Part shown: one piece after another, positions 10,440 through 20,187 of the stretch
How the letters are laid out: each line of letters opens with the position of its first letter
Position numbering within the stretch: position 1 is the stretch's first letter
Origin: Chloroflexota bacterium
GTDB lineage: Bacteria > Chloroflexota > Limnocylindria > Limnocylindrales > CSP1-4
Direction of reading: 5' to 3'
Assembly (NCBI GenBank): GCA_044506615.1
Contig: JBIQKJ010000001.1
Coordinates: forward strand, 218,434 to 282,433
DNA: 64,000 nucleotides
Program-made: the position numbers and the translations under genes
The notes under the pieces: generated by a model
Seen by the model: the letters and a program-made list of their open reading frames with translations, nothing else
What the model was told of the DNA's origin: nothing
Databases searched by the model: none

Positions 10440-11593
10440 TGCGACGGCGTGCTCACCTCGAGCGGATCGCCGACCCCGAACATCTGCCGACGTCGCACCG
10501 GTGTCCAGCTCGGAAGGTCCAGCGTCCGAAGTCCCGTCACCCCCTCGAGATGGACCGGATCGGCGCGGTCGAGGGGCAGGCAGACGGTTCGGCCCAGTGC
10601 GGCTGACTGGTACGCGGCAGCGACGGCTTCCACGAGCCGCAGGCCATCCGCGCCGGTTGCCGGTGGCTGCCGCCCGGTGGCGACCGCCTCGGCGAACGCA
10701 CGGACGGCGAGGGGGATTGTCGGTCCTCCGGGGGAGACGTCCGCCCGCCGCGTCCCGTCCCGGTCGCTGACCAGCAGTTCCGCGAACGGGGCAAACGTCC
10801 CGTTGTTCTCGTAGCGAATCGAGATGCGCCCGGCCGTCCCGCTGATCTCGACCCCGCCCGGTCCGAATCCCCATCCGACATTCACGATGGCTGCGCCGCT
10901 CGCCGACTCGAACCGGCAGACCGCGATGTCCTCCACGTCGGCGCGAGCGCGACGCGCATGGACCCAGGCGGACACGCGCTCGATCGGCCCGCCGAGGAAG
11001 GTCTCGGCGAGGTACGCGACATGCAGCATGTCCATGAGCACGCCACCGCCCGACCGCACCGGGTCGTGACGCCAGACCGGGCTGTACTCGGCGGCACCCG
11101 GGACATCGGTGATGCCGAGGTAGTTGATGATGACGACCTCGACATCGCCGACTGCACCGTCGTTCACCAGCCGGTGCGCCTCGGCGATCTCGGGCTGGAA
11201 GAGGTAGTTGTGCACCTCGCCGAGGACGACGCCGGCGGTCGCCGCCGCGTCGACCATCGCCAGGGCGTCTGCCGGCCGGGCAGCGAGCGGCTTCTCGGCC
11301 AGGATGTGCTTTCCGGCACGCGCCGCGGCCACTGCGATCCCGGCCCGCAGGTGGGGTGGAACGCACAGGTCGACGACGTCGACATCCGGGCGGGCGAGCA
11401 CCTCCTCGAACGTGAGGTATGCGTCGCGTGGCGGCAGGTCCGCGGCCGCGCGACCCAGCTCGAGCCGCGCGGGAGTCGCGTCGGCGACGGCGACGATCCG
11501 AAAGCCTGCCGGCCGTTCCAGCCACGCCGAGAGGTGCTGGAGCCCGATGTTGCCGCAACCGATGAGGCCGACGCCCCTACCGTCCGCGGCCAT
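10436..11593 (-). CDS. Gfo/Idh/MocA oxidoreductase
   Basis: GCGNIG, EKPLA and GGGVLMDMLH motifs. Confidence 0.88.
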   Translation of the reverse strand: MAADGRGVGLIGCGNIGLQHLSAWLERPAGFRIVAVADATPARLELGRAAADLPPRDAYLTFEEVLARPDVDVVDLCVPPHLRAGIAVAAARAGKHILAEKPLAARPADALAMVDAAATAGVVLGEVHNYLFQPEIAEAHRLVNDGAVGDVEVVIINYLGITDVPGAAEYSPVWRHDPVRSGGGVLMDMLHVAYLAETFLGGPIERVSAWVHARRARADVEDIAVCRFESASGAAIVNVGWGFGPGGVEISGTAGRISIRYENNGTFAPFAELLVSDRDGTRRADVSPGGPTIPLAVRAFAEAVATGRQPPATGADGLRLVEAVAAAYQSAALGRTVCLPLDRADPVHLEGVTGLRTLDLPSWTPVRRRQMFGVGDPLEVSTPSQ

Positions 11594-12568
11594 TCAGGCG
11601 ACCCTCCCCGGCGTCTGGGGGAGGCCCTCCTGGGCGAGCGCGGCATCGATGATCGGGCGAATGAATGCAGCGGCATCCCGGACACCTTCTTCGGCCGACT
11701 GGAACGGATCCTCGTTCTCGATGCTCAGCACACCGTCATAGCCGACCGCGCGAAGCTCCACAGCGAACGCCGACCAGAACGACCGGTCGTGCCCGATGCC
11801 AACGGTCCGGAAGTTCCACGCGCGTTCCGAATGGCCGCCGGGGCCGCCCTGGTCGAGGACCCCGGCGATCGCGACCCGTGCCGGCTCGAGCTGGGTGTCC
11901 TTGAGATGCACGTGATGGATGGCCGGGCCGAGCTCCCGGATCACCGCGATCGGATCCATCTGCTGCCAGAACAGATGGGAGGGATCCAGGTTGGCGCCGA
12001 TGATCGTGCCAACCTCGTCGCGCATGCGGCGCAGGGTCGGCACGTTGTACACGAGCTGGAGCGGATGGAGCTCGAAGGCGATCCGCTCGATCCCGTGATC
12101 GACGGCGCGCCCGACCATCTCTCGCCAGAACGGCACCGCCTCTGCCCACTGTCGTTCCAGGAGCCGGACTCCGTCTTCGGGCCAGTTCGACCAGACCCAG
12201 TTGATGGTCGTGTCGTTCGGCGCGTCACCCGGGCACCCGGACATCGTAACGATGCGCCGGACCCCGAGACGCTCGGCGAGATCGAAGGTGCGTCGAATGA
12301 GGTCGGCGTGTCGCTCGCCGACGACCGGGTGGAGCGGCCAGGCGGAGCAGTTGAGCGCGCTGATGTGGAGACCACGAGACTCCACGGCGTCCCGAAAGGC
12401 GGCGAGCTGTCGATCGTCGGCCAGGAGCGCATCGATCGACAGGTGCGTCGCCGGCGACTGTCCGCCGGTCGCGATCTCCACGCCGGTCGCCCCGACCTCG
12501 ACGGCCAGGTCGAGGGCGGCGGGCAGCGTCCAGTCCCGGACTGAATCCGTCAAGAGCCCCAGGTACAC
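11594..12568 (-). CDS. Sugar-phosphate isomerase/epimerase (xylose-isomerase-like TIM barrel)
   Basis: ELHP, NLDPSH, HVHLKD and SIENED metal-ligand motifs. Confidence 0.85.
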   Translation of the reverse strand: MYLGLLTDSVRDWTLPAALDLAVEVGATGVEIATGGQSPATHLSIDALLADDRQLAAFRDAVESRGLHISALNCSAWPLHPVVGERHADLIRRTFDLAERLGVRRIVTMSGCPGDAPNDTTINWVWSNWPEDGVRLLERQWAEAVPFWREMVGRAVDHGIERIAFELHPLQLVYNVPTLRRMRDEVGTIIGANLDPSHLFWQQMDPIAVIRELGPAIHHVHLKDTQLEPARVAIAGVLDQGGPGGHSERAWNFRTVGIGHDRSFWSAFAVELRAVGYDGVLSIENEDPFQSAEEGVRDAAAFIRPIIDAALAQEGLPQTPGRVA

Positions 12569-12612
12569 GGTTCCTCCTCGATCGTCCTCGCTGGGCAGGG
12601 CCGCGCGGCCCG

Positions 12613-13722
12613 CTACTGCGCGGTGTGCACGTCCTTGGAGATGAGCATGAGCGAGCCGGGGGCGAACAGCAGCGACTCGGGCTGATGCTCGAGCAGTCCG
12701 AATCGCGCGGGTCCAGTCGCGTGCAGGCGCAGGGGCTCACCGTCGACGTCGGCGTCGACCTGGACGACCTCGCCCACGAACGTGATGCGGCGAACGATGC
12801 CCTCGAAGACGTGTGGGTACCGATCGCGCTCGGACTCGGCCACGATGTGCACGTCATCAGGCCGCAGTCCGACCATGACCTGGTCGCCGGCCTGGCGACC
12901 GTCGCCGTCGACGAGTGTCACCTCTTGGCCGAGGACCCGGACTCGCACGTGCCCGTCGGCCGTCCGCTCGAGGACCGTGCCCCCGAGCAGGTTCGAGCTC
13001 CCGACGAAGCCGGCAACGAACCGCGTCGACGGACGACGATAGATATCGGTGGGCGAGCCGAGCTGGGCGATCCGTCCGCTATCCATGACCGCGACCGTAT
13101 CAGCGAGGCTCAGCGCCTCGCGCTGGTCGTGGGTGACCATGATCATCGTCTTGCGTGTCCGGCTCTGGACCTCGGCAATGCCCTCCTTGAGCTCGTCCCG
13201 CAGCCTCGCGTCGAGCGAGCTCAATGGCTCATCGAGAAGCAGGACCGGCGGATCGGGCGCGAGCGCGCGGGCGATGCACACGCGTTGCGCCTGCCCACCC
13301 GAGAGCTGCGTTGCGTAGCGCGACTCGAGGCCCTCCAGGTGCACGAGGCGAATGACCTCCTCGACGCGCGCCCGCACTTCGGCCTTGGGCCGCCGCCGCA
13401 GGTTCAGCCCCCAGGCAATGTTCTCCTCGACCGTGTAGTGGGGGAACATCGAGGACCGCTGGAACACATAGCCGATGCCGCGCCGGTGGGCCGGAATGTG
13501 GGTCGCATCGACGCCGCCGAGCCAGATCCGGCCCGCCGACGGCTCCTCGAGCCCGGCGATCATCCTGAGGACCGTCGTCTTTCCCGAGCCCGATGGCCCG
13601 AGGAGCACGGTGAACGTTCCCGGCTCCACGGTCAGGTCGACGTTGTCCACGGCGACCACGGTGCCGAACCGCTTCGTAACCCCCTCGACGTGAATCATCA
13701 TGGCTGCTGCCTCGTCGCTCAA
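12613..13722 (-). CDS. ABC transporter ATP-binding protein (PotA/FbpC-like)
   Basis: GPSGSGKT, LSGGQ, LLLDEP and a C-terminal TOBE-like region. Confidence 0.92.
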   Translation of the reverse strand: MSDEAAAMMIHVEGVTKRFGTVVAVDNVDLTVEPGTFTVLLGPSGSGKTTVLRMIAGLEEPSAGRIWLGGVDATHIPAHRRGIGYVFQRSSMFPHYTVEENIAWGLNLRRRPKAEVRARVEEVIRLVHLEGLESRYATQLSGGQAQRVCIARALAPDPPVLLLDEPLSSLDARLRDELKEGIAEVQSRTRKTMIMVTHDQREALSLADTVAVMDSGRIAQLGSPTDIYRRPSTRFVAGFVGSSNLLGGTVLERTADGHVRVRVLGQEVTLVDGDGRQAGDQVMVGLRPDDVHIVAESERDRYPHVFEGIVRRITFVGEVVQVDADVDGEPLRLHATGPARFGLLEHQPESLLFAPGSLMLISKDVHTAQ

Positions 13723-14531
13723 ATCAGGAATCCCCGGAACCGTCGTCGGGTGATCAGGTACCCGACGACGACCAGCGACATGACGACGAGCTCGACGGCG
13801 AGCGCCTGGACCGCGATCCGCGGGGTCAGGCCGCTACGGTCGAGCTCGGTGAAGATCTGGACCATCGACGTGACGGACGTCGTGCGCCCGAGGAAGAGAG
13901 GCGCGATGAAGGCCGTGGCAGCGTTCGCAAAGACGATCATGGAGCCGACGGCGATCCCGGGCGCGATCTGCGGGAGTGTGATGAACAGGAAGGCGCGCAG
14001 GCGGCTGGCACCGAGCATGAGGGCGGCGTCTTCATACGCGGGATCGGACGTGGCGAGGGAGCCCTGGATCGCGCGGACCATCCATGCCAGGTTCGCGATG
14101 GCGACCGGGAAGAGCACACCGAGGAACGACCCGATCAGATCGGGGGCAATCACGAGGTACGCGGCTCCCAGCGCCACGGTGTAGCCGACGCCCGGGATCA
14201 CGAACGGAAGGAAGATGGCGACGCCCATCGCGTTGCGACCCCGAAATCGCGTCCGTTCCATTGCGTACGCGGTGGGAAGGCAGAGGAGCAGGAGGACGAC
14301 CGTGGTCACGGCACCCAGCGCAACGCTGAAGGGCAGGGTCGCGAGGAAGCGGGGGCTCATGTCGCCGATCGCGTCCAGCGAGAAGTAGCGAGGAGGAAAG
14401 ACGATGTCGTCGCTGATTGCCACGATCGCGAGCTGGATCGTCGGGTAGATGACGATGACGGCGGCGACGACGGCGTAGAGCTGCACGAGCCGGCGTCCCA
14501 GGGCGGTAGCCGACAGCCACCTAGCCGACAT
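13719..14531 (-). CDS. ABC transporter permease
   Basis: Six TM segments and an EDAALMLGAS EAA loop. Confidence 0.9.
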   Translation of the reverse strand: MSARWLSATALGRRLVQLYAVVAAVIVIYPTIQLAIVAISDDIVFPPRYFSLDAIGDMSPRFLATLPFSVALGAVTTVVLLLLCLPTAYAMERTRFRGRNAMGVAIFLPFVIPGVGYTVALGAAYLVIAPDLIGSFLGVLFPVAIANLAWMVRAIQGSLATSDPAYEDAALMLGASRLRAFLFITLPQIAPGIAVGSMIVFANAATAFIAPLFLGRTTSVTSMVQIFTELDRSGLTPRIAVQALAVELVVMSLVVVGYLITRRRFRGFLI

Positions 14532-15456
14532 AGCGGCGCACCTCGGACCGTCGGTTCGACAGGCGGTTGTAGACGTAGATCGTCAATGCGGTGATGACCG
14601 TCAGCGTCACGCTCAGGGCCGACGCCAGGGGAATGTTGTCCACCTCGGTCTCGAACCAGATGATCGTGCTGAACCAGTCGTTCACCCGCCCGGCGAGGAT
14701 GACCGGCAGCGTGAATGCGCCGACCGCCGCAGCGAACGTCAGGAGGAACGCTCCGCCGATGCCGACGCGGGCGAGATACAGCGTGGTGCTCACGTACGCC
14801 CGGAACGGATGGGCGCCCAGCATGCGGGCCGCCTCCTCGTAGACCGGGTCGATCCTCACCAGCGCCGACCGGACCAGGAGCACCGTCAGCCCGGGGAGCA
14901 TCATCGCGATGACTGCCGAGAGCGGTGTCCCCGAGATGCGCACGGGCGTGTCGGTGATGCCCATGCCCATGAGCGCCCAGTTCACGATCCCCTGGGGGGC
15001 GAATGCGTAGAGCAACGCGTACGCGAGGAAGATGTCGCCGAACAGGGGGAGGAGGAGCGCCATCTCGACGAAGAGCTTTCCGCGGCCCCGGCCGCGAGCG
15101 AGGAAGTGGGCGATCGGGAGACCGATGATCACCGATCCGAGGGCGATGACGAGCGAGATCGAGATGGTCCAGACGAGGCTCCCGAGGATGTCCGCGGCGA
15201 GGATCTGCTCGTAGTTCTCGAGCGTGAACCGGTGGACGATTCGGTATGCGAACTGGCCGCGCTCTCGATCCAGGAAGCTGTTGTAGATCTGGATCGCGAG
15301 CGGTCCGATGACGATGACGGTCAGGTAGATCGCCACCGGCGCGACGAGCAGATAGGGGACCGCGCGCGAGAGCGGAGGCAGGCTCGCGCGCGCGGTCGTC
15401 TCGGTCCGCTCGGCGGATTGGGCAGCGACGCCGGTGTCCGAGGATGGGGTGGTCAT
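14521..15456 (-). CDS. ABC transporter permease (PotB-like)
   Basis: TM segments, EEAARMLGA and FTLENY. Confidence 0.9.
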   Translation of the reverse strand: MTTPSSDTGVAAQSAERTETTARASLPPLSRAVPYLLVAPVAIYLTVIVIGPLAIQIYNSFLDRERGQFAYRIVHRFTLENYEQILAADILGSLVWTISISLVIALGSVIIGLPIAHFLARGRGRGKLFVEMALLLPLFGDIFLAYALLYAFAPQGIVNWALMGMGITDTPVRISGTPLSAVIAMMLPGLTVLLVRSALVRIDPVYEEAARMLGAHPFRAYVSTTLYLARVGIGGAFLLTFAAAVGAFTLPVILAGRVNDWFSTIIWFETEVDNIPLASALSVTLTVITALTIYVYNRLSNRRSEVRRYVG

Positions 15457-15529
15457 TGCGGCAGTCGTCCCTCAGCAGGCGCCGGGCGCGCACGTGGTGC
15501 GCGCCCGGCGGCTACCGGCAGTCGCCCGA

Positions 15530-16816
15530 TCAGGGGAGCTGCTTGTACTGGTCCTGGATCCACTCAGTCTGTGCGGCGACGAACTCGAAATCCAGTGGCA
15601 AGGTGTACTTCGCCGGATCATCCGGGTAGTACGGCTTCGCCCAGTCCGGCATCAGCTCCCGGTCCTCGGCGATGACGCCGCCGGTATACGCCCCGAGGAA
15701 CTCCGCCTCGGTCATGTCCCAGCGGTTCTCCTCGGCGCCCGTCTCGGGGTCCTTGTACCAGCCGACCATCTGGAAGTCCCGGCCGAGCATCCAGTCGAGC
15801 AGCACACGGGCCGTCACCGGATGCGGCGTGCCCTTCGCGATGCGCAGCTCAGACCGGACGGCCGGCAACGACGACTCGAAGTAGATGGGTGCGATGACGT
15901 CGTCCCGAAGGTTCCACTCGGCGCCCTGGATCTCCCGGATGTAGGCCCCCCAGGTGACGGCGATGGCCGCTTCGCCCGACTGCATCATGGTGCGGATCTC
16001 ACCGGTGTCGACGTACTTGAGCACGTTCGGCTCCAGGTTCTCCTTCCACCACTTGAGCCCCTCGAGGACGGTCTCCTCGGACCACAGGTCCCCCTGGATG
16101 ACGCCCTCCTCGAGCAGGGCGTTCACGACCCCCATGAGGATGATGGGACCCCGGGTGTCGCCTTCGAAGCCGTACAGCACGATCTTGCCCTTGTACTCGG
16201 GCTTCGCCAGGTCGGTCCACGACGTGATTGCGTTGACGTCGACGAGGTCCTTCCGGGCCAGAACGCCCATCCACTCGAACCCCTGGTAGATCACGCTGAG
16301 CCCGTCGTCGTACAGGTACGTGTCCTCGACCTTGTGGTAGTTCTGCAGGACGTTCTCGTACTGCGGCGCATCGATCGGCTCGATCCAGCCCAGCTCCTTG
16401 AGCTTCGGCAGCTTGTCCTCTTCGCTGTCGATGACATCGATACCCAACTCGCTGGGGAGACGGCCCGCCTGTTCCGCCTGCTGCAGCACGCCGTTCGTCG
16501 AGTCCCAGACGAGCTCGACGGGTACGCCGAACGTCTCCTCGGTGTAGGCACGGAACTGGTCGGGGAATGTCGACTGGTCGAGCCCGCCGAAGCCCCAGCT
16601 CTTGAGCCCGACGACCTGCCCCTCGGCCTTCAGCGCCTCGGCGATCTGTTCCTGGGAGAGGGGAGCGTCGGAAGCGGCCCCGCCGCCAGACGCCTGTGGG
16701 GTGCCGGGAGTGGACGTCGCAGCCGGCGGCGTCGGCGCGGCGGTACCGGTACACGCCGCCGCGACGGCGATGACCGACAGCGCCGCGAGCCCCCTCAGCA
16801 GTCGCGGGTGGTTCAC
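15530..16816 (-). CDS. ABC substrate-binding lipoprotein (PotD/AfuA-like)
   Basis: Lipobox AAAC, SWTDLAKPEYKGKI and HPVTARVLLDW. Confidence 0.85.
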   Translation of the reverse strand: MNHPRLLRGLAALSVIAVAAACTGTAAPTPPAATSTPGTPQASGGGAASDAPLSQEQIAEALKAEGQVVGLKSWGFGGLDQSTFPDQFRAYTEETFGVPVELVWDSTNGVLQQAEQAGRLPSELGIDVIDSEEDKLPKLKELGWIEPIDAPQYENVLQNYHKVEDTYLYDDGLSVIYQGFEWMGVLARKDLVDVNAITSWTDLAKPEYKGKIVLYGFEGDTRGPIILMGVVNALLEEGVIQGDLWSEETVLEGLKWWKENLEPNVLKYVDTGEIRTMMQSGEAAIAVTWGAYIREIQGAEWNLRDDVIAPIYFESSLPAVRSELRIAKGTPHPVTARVLLDWMLGRDFQMVGWYKDPETGAEENRWDMTEAEFLGAYTGGVIAEDRELMPDWAKPYYPDDPAKYTLPLDFEFVAAQTEWIQDQYKQLP

Positions 16817-16842
16817 GATCGAGCCCTCCAGCTGTCTAATGC

Positions 16843-16888
16843 CTTATACATCAGACCCCAATCTTATCGCCTGCGCCGCGGGCGTCAA
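16843..16888 (-). promoter_or_regulatory. Sigma70-type promoter (TTGACG-16-TAAGAT) with downstream candidate operator CTGATGTATAAG
   Basis: -35 at 16883-16888, -10 at 16861-16866, operator at 16843-16854. Confidence 0.6.
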
Positions 16889-16968
16889 TACTCAATTCGT
16901 CAATTCCACAGGGTGGGTCAGGAGGGCGGGCCGGACCGCGTCGCTTGGCGCGCTTCGCCGGGACCGGG

Positions 16969-17754
16969 CTAGGATGCGGCCGCGGCGCTCTTCCCTGCGT
17001 CGACCGCGACGATCGCGCCGGTGATCATCTGCGCGGCGTCCGAGCACAGGTAGGCGATCATCCCGGCCACCTCGTCCGGAGTGATCATCCGCTGCATCAC
17101 CGCGGCGAGTGGAGCCCGAGCGAGGTAGCCGGCCGCCGCCAGGGTCGGGTCGGGTGCCGCGGCCAGGTTCCGATCCATGATCCCGGTGTCGCCGACGGGA
17201 CCGGGGCACACGGCGTTCACCCGGATGCGGTCGACGGCGTGCCCGAGGGCGAGTGCGCGGGTCAGCATGATCAGTCCCGCCTTGGCCACCGAGTAGGCCG
17301 GCTCGTCGGCACGGGCCACCAGCCCGGCATTCGATGCGTTGTTGATGATCACGCCACCGCCGCGCGCGCGCATCAGCGGTAGGGCGGCGCGCGCACAGAG
17401 GAAGGCGCCCTTCAGGTTCGTATCGAGGCAGTGATCCCACGCGGCTTCGGAGAGGTCGTCGATCCTGCCCTCGCAGCCCACGCCGGCGTTGTTGACGAGG
17501 ACGTCGAGACCGCCGTGCGCCGACCCGACCAGCTCGAAGGCGTCGTGCACGGACGCCGCATCCCGGACGTCGAGGAGAACGAACGTCGCATCGATGCCGT
17601 CGCCTCGCAGGCCGTCCACGGCGGCAGCCCCGCGACGGCGATCCCGTCCCCCGACGAAGATGACCGTGTCGATTCGCCCGAGTGCCCGCGCGGTCGCAAG
17701 CCCGATGCCCGACGATCCGCCGGTGACCAAGGCGGTGCGCGGGCGCCGGTTCAT
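16969..17754 (-). CDS. Short-chain dehydrogenase/reductase
   Basis: TGGSSGIG, NNAG and YSVAK motifs. Confidence 0.9.
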   Translation of the reverse strand: MNRRPRTALVTGGSSGIGLATARALGRIDTVIFVGGRDRRRGAAAVDGLRGDGIDATFVLLDVRDAASVHDAFELVGSAHGGLDVLVNNAGVGCEGRIDDLSEAAWDHCLDTNLKGAFLCARAALPLMRARGGGVIINNASNAGLVARADEPAYSVAKAGLIMLTRALALGHAVDRIRVNAVCPGPVGDTGIMDRNLAAAPDPTLAAAGYLARAPLAAVMQRMITPDEVAGMIAYLCSDAAQMITGAIVAVDAGKSAAAAS

Positions 17755-18515
17755 CGCTGCCTGCGGCGCGCTCCGCTCCGATCCGTGCCGTCGTCGCCGG
17801 AGCCATCGACTGCGGTCACGTCCTCCATCCGACTCAGGAGGTCAGCCAGGGTGTGCTCGAGGTGGGTCGTCATCGCCGCTCGAGCGGCAGCGGGGTCGCG
17901 CGTCGCGATGGCGGCGGCGACGCGTTGGTGCTCACCACGTCGGTGGGGCAGGTTGCGGTTCAGCTCCGGGAACGTGATCCGAACCAGCAGGAGGTGGCTC
18001 CGGAGCCCCTCGTAGACCGAAGCGAGCCGTGCATTCCCGGCGGCCCTGACGACTCGCGCGTGGAAGTCCTGGTCGACGGACAGCTCGGTCATGAACCGGT
18101 CGAGATCGGTGATCGTGCGGCGCCCCGGCGGGGCGGACTCGAGGTACTCGGCAAGCTCGCGAATCTCTGCGACGTCCTCGTCCGTTGCGCGTTCGCTCGC
18201 CAGGGCAGCGGCGGCCGGCTCGATCAACATGCGGATCTCGTAGAGCTCTGCCACGTCCCTGGCCGAGACCGGAGCGACGATCGTGCCTCGGCGGGGATGG
18301 ACCTCGACGAGCCCTTCGGCTGCGAGGAGGTTCACTGCGTCCCGCACCGGCGTGACGGAGATCCCGAGGCTCGCCGCCACCGACGCCGGCGAAATCTTGT
18401 TTCCCGCCTGCAGCTCGCCGCGCACGATCTGCGCGAGCAGCATGTCGTGCACCTGGCGCTGGAGAGAGCGCAGCTCGAGCCCCTTCGAGTCCATCGTGCG
18501 CCGGCCGTCGGTCAT
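17751..18515 (-). CDS. GntR (FadR/FCD) transcriptional regulator
   Basis: GISVTPVRDA HTH and an FCD domain (DQDFH, EH). Confidence 0.9.
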   Translation of the reverse strand: MTDGRRTMDSKGLELRSLQRQVHDMLLAQIVRGELQAGNKISPASVAASLGISVTPVRDAVNLLAAEGLVEVHPRRGTIVAPVSARDVAELYEIRMLIEPAAAALASERATDEDVAEIRELAEYLESAPPGRRTITDLDRFMTELSVDQDFHARVVRAAGNARLASVYEGLRSHLLLVRITFPELNRNLPHRRGEHQRVAAAIATRDPAAARAAMTTHLEHTLADLLSRMEDVTAVDGSGDDGTDRSGARRRQR

Positions 18516-18991
18516 CGTCGAGAGGGTACCGCACGGTTGTCGTCGCGCGCGTTCGTCTCGACGGGATCGGTCTCACCCGGATCCGCCGCCGCGTCGAACT
18601 CGACGAACGCCGATGCGGCTTCATCCTCGGGCGACACGTAGCCGATCGACAAGCCGCGCACATTCACGACGAGCACGAGGGTGTCCTCGGCCAGTGCCGT
18701 GGGACTGTGCCGCACGCCGCGCGGGATCCGGGCACCCTCGCCGGCGGCCAACTCGATCGAGCCCAGCTCCGTGTCGATCCGCAGTCGACCGCGGTGCACG
18801 AACCAGCCCTCGTCGCCCTCGCTGTGGCGATGGGCCGGGAACGTGTCGCGGACCCGCGCGATGCGAACGGCATACCGGTCGTCCACGTAGAAGGTATTGA
18901 TGTTCGTGCGCGGGGGATGGGGCGCGAGCGCCGCCTCGATGTTGAATTTCGACAGCACCGAGTCGGCTCCCGAGTCGCGTTGATCGCTCAT
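18512..18991 (-). CDS. Cupin-domain protein
   Basis: HRHSEGDE and IPRGVRH cupin motifs. Confidence 0.8.
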   Translation of the reverse strand: MSDQRDSGADSVLSKFNIEAALAPHPPRTNINTFYVDDRYAVRIARVRDTFPAHRHSEGDEGWFVHRGRLRIDTELGSIELAAGEGARIPRGVRHSPTALAEDTLVLVVNVRGLSIGYVSPEDEAASAFVEFDAAADPGETDPVETNARDDNRAVPSRR

Positions 18992-20187
18992 CCTCCGGCG
19001 ACCTCGCGAATCCAGCCGAGGTTGGGGCGCGGGCAGAGGCCGTAGTGGTAGTACCGGAAGCCGTCGACGCCTCGGGCTGCCAGCCGGCGGGTGGCAGCGG
19101 CGAGGTCGCCCCCGCTCCGCACGTCGGGGGCAAAGGCCCGAAGTCCGACCAGCAGCCGCGCCGCCCCGTCGATGCCTGCCCGGAGCCGGTCAACCTGGGC
19201 GTCCGCGGTGGCGGCGGTCATCCCGAACAGCGGGTAGAGCACGTTCTCGGCCCGATCCGCCACGTCGCCCAGGGACGTGCCGATCGCCGCTCCCGCCTCG
19301 TACCGGGAGGGCGCTGCCGTGACCGTGACCGGGACGTTCCGAGCTCGAGCGCGCTCGGTCACCGCGTCGAGCAACGCAATCGTCACGCGATCGCGCACCG
19401 AGAACAGGGTGTGCGCATCGTGCTCGCCCAGCCACGCCGACAGCCCGGCGTCGGCGTCCTCCACGGTGTCCGCGGGACCCTCGACCCCTGCGAACCTGCC
19501 TCGTAGCGACTCGATCACCCGGGCTCGGAGCCGGTCCGGGTCGAGGTCGGCGGCTCGCATGGCCGATTGACACGCCTCGCAGAAGCAGACCGAGAGAAGG
19601 AACCGGCCGAGCAGATCGAGCCGAACGCCGAACTTCTCGTGGTGCGACAGGTGCTCGTAGCCCATGTAGCCACAGGCCTCGAGCTCGACCCCATCGAGGA
19701 CATAGCGGTCGATGAGATCGCCGACCAGGGTGGCGGCGTACGCGCGCACCTCGGGTTGCGCGGGGCAGAGTGCATGGACGTAGCGATCCCCGAACGCGTT
19801 CTGGAGCGTCAGCTCCTGGTTGGCCCCACCGAGCCGGCTGTTGTGCAGGACCACGGTCCAGGCAGTGATTCGCTGCCCGGCGGCGCGCAGCGCATCGGTC
19901 GCCAGCCCGAACGAGTCTCTCGGGACCCAGGATGGCTCCGCAGGGGTCAACCTCGCTCCGCGGTACCGGGCCCGGTCCGGTTCGAAGTAGACAGCCGCGT
20001 GCGCGGCGTCGAGCACGACGCGATGCGGGTTGTGCGGCAGGAGCGCGCGGGTGGTGTGGTAGGACGCCGCAAGGCTCACGCCGTCCAGCCCAAGCGACGC
20101 AATCTCGTCGGCTGCGGCCGGATCGTCGAGGACGTCCCACGGATAGGCCCAGATCGAGTGCCGGGGACCAGGCTGCTCAGTTGCCAA
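18988..20187 (-). CDS. Uncharacterised glycoside-hydrolase-like TIM-barrel protein
   Basis: AYPWD, LCPAQPEVR, DGVELE, CFCEAC and YHYGL. Confidence 0.55.
   Translation of the reverse strand: MATEQPGPRHSIWAYPWDVLDDPAAADEIASLGLDGVSLAASYHTTRALLPHNPHRVVLDAAHAAVYFEPDRARYRGARLTPAEPSWVPRDSFGLATDALRAAGQRITAWTVVLHNSRLGGANQELTLQNAFGDRYVHALCPAQPEVRAYAATLVGDLIDRYVLDGVELEACGYMGYEHLSHHEKFGVRLDLLGRFLLSVCFCEACQSAMRAADLDPDRLRARVIESLRGRFAGVEGPADTVEDADAGLSAWLGEHDAHTLFSVRDRVTIALLDAVTERARARNVPVTVTAAPSRYEAGAAIGTSLGDVADRAENVLYPLFGMTAATADAQVDRLRAGIDGAARLLVGLRAFAPDVRSGGDLAAATRRLAARGVDGFRYYHYGLCPRPNLGWIREVAGG

Noticed and set aside
8343-11558. Apparent 1071-aa hydrolase
   Set aside because: The N-terminal third overlaps the Gfo gene in another frame; the real start is near 10439.
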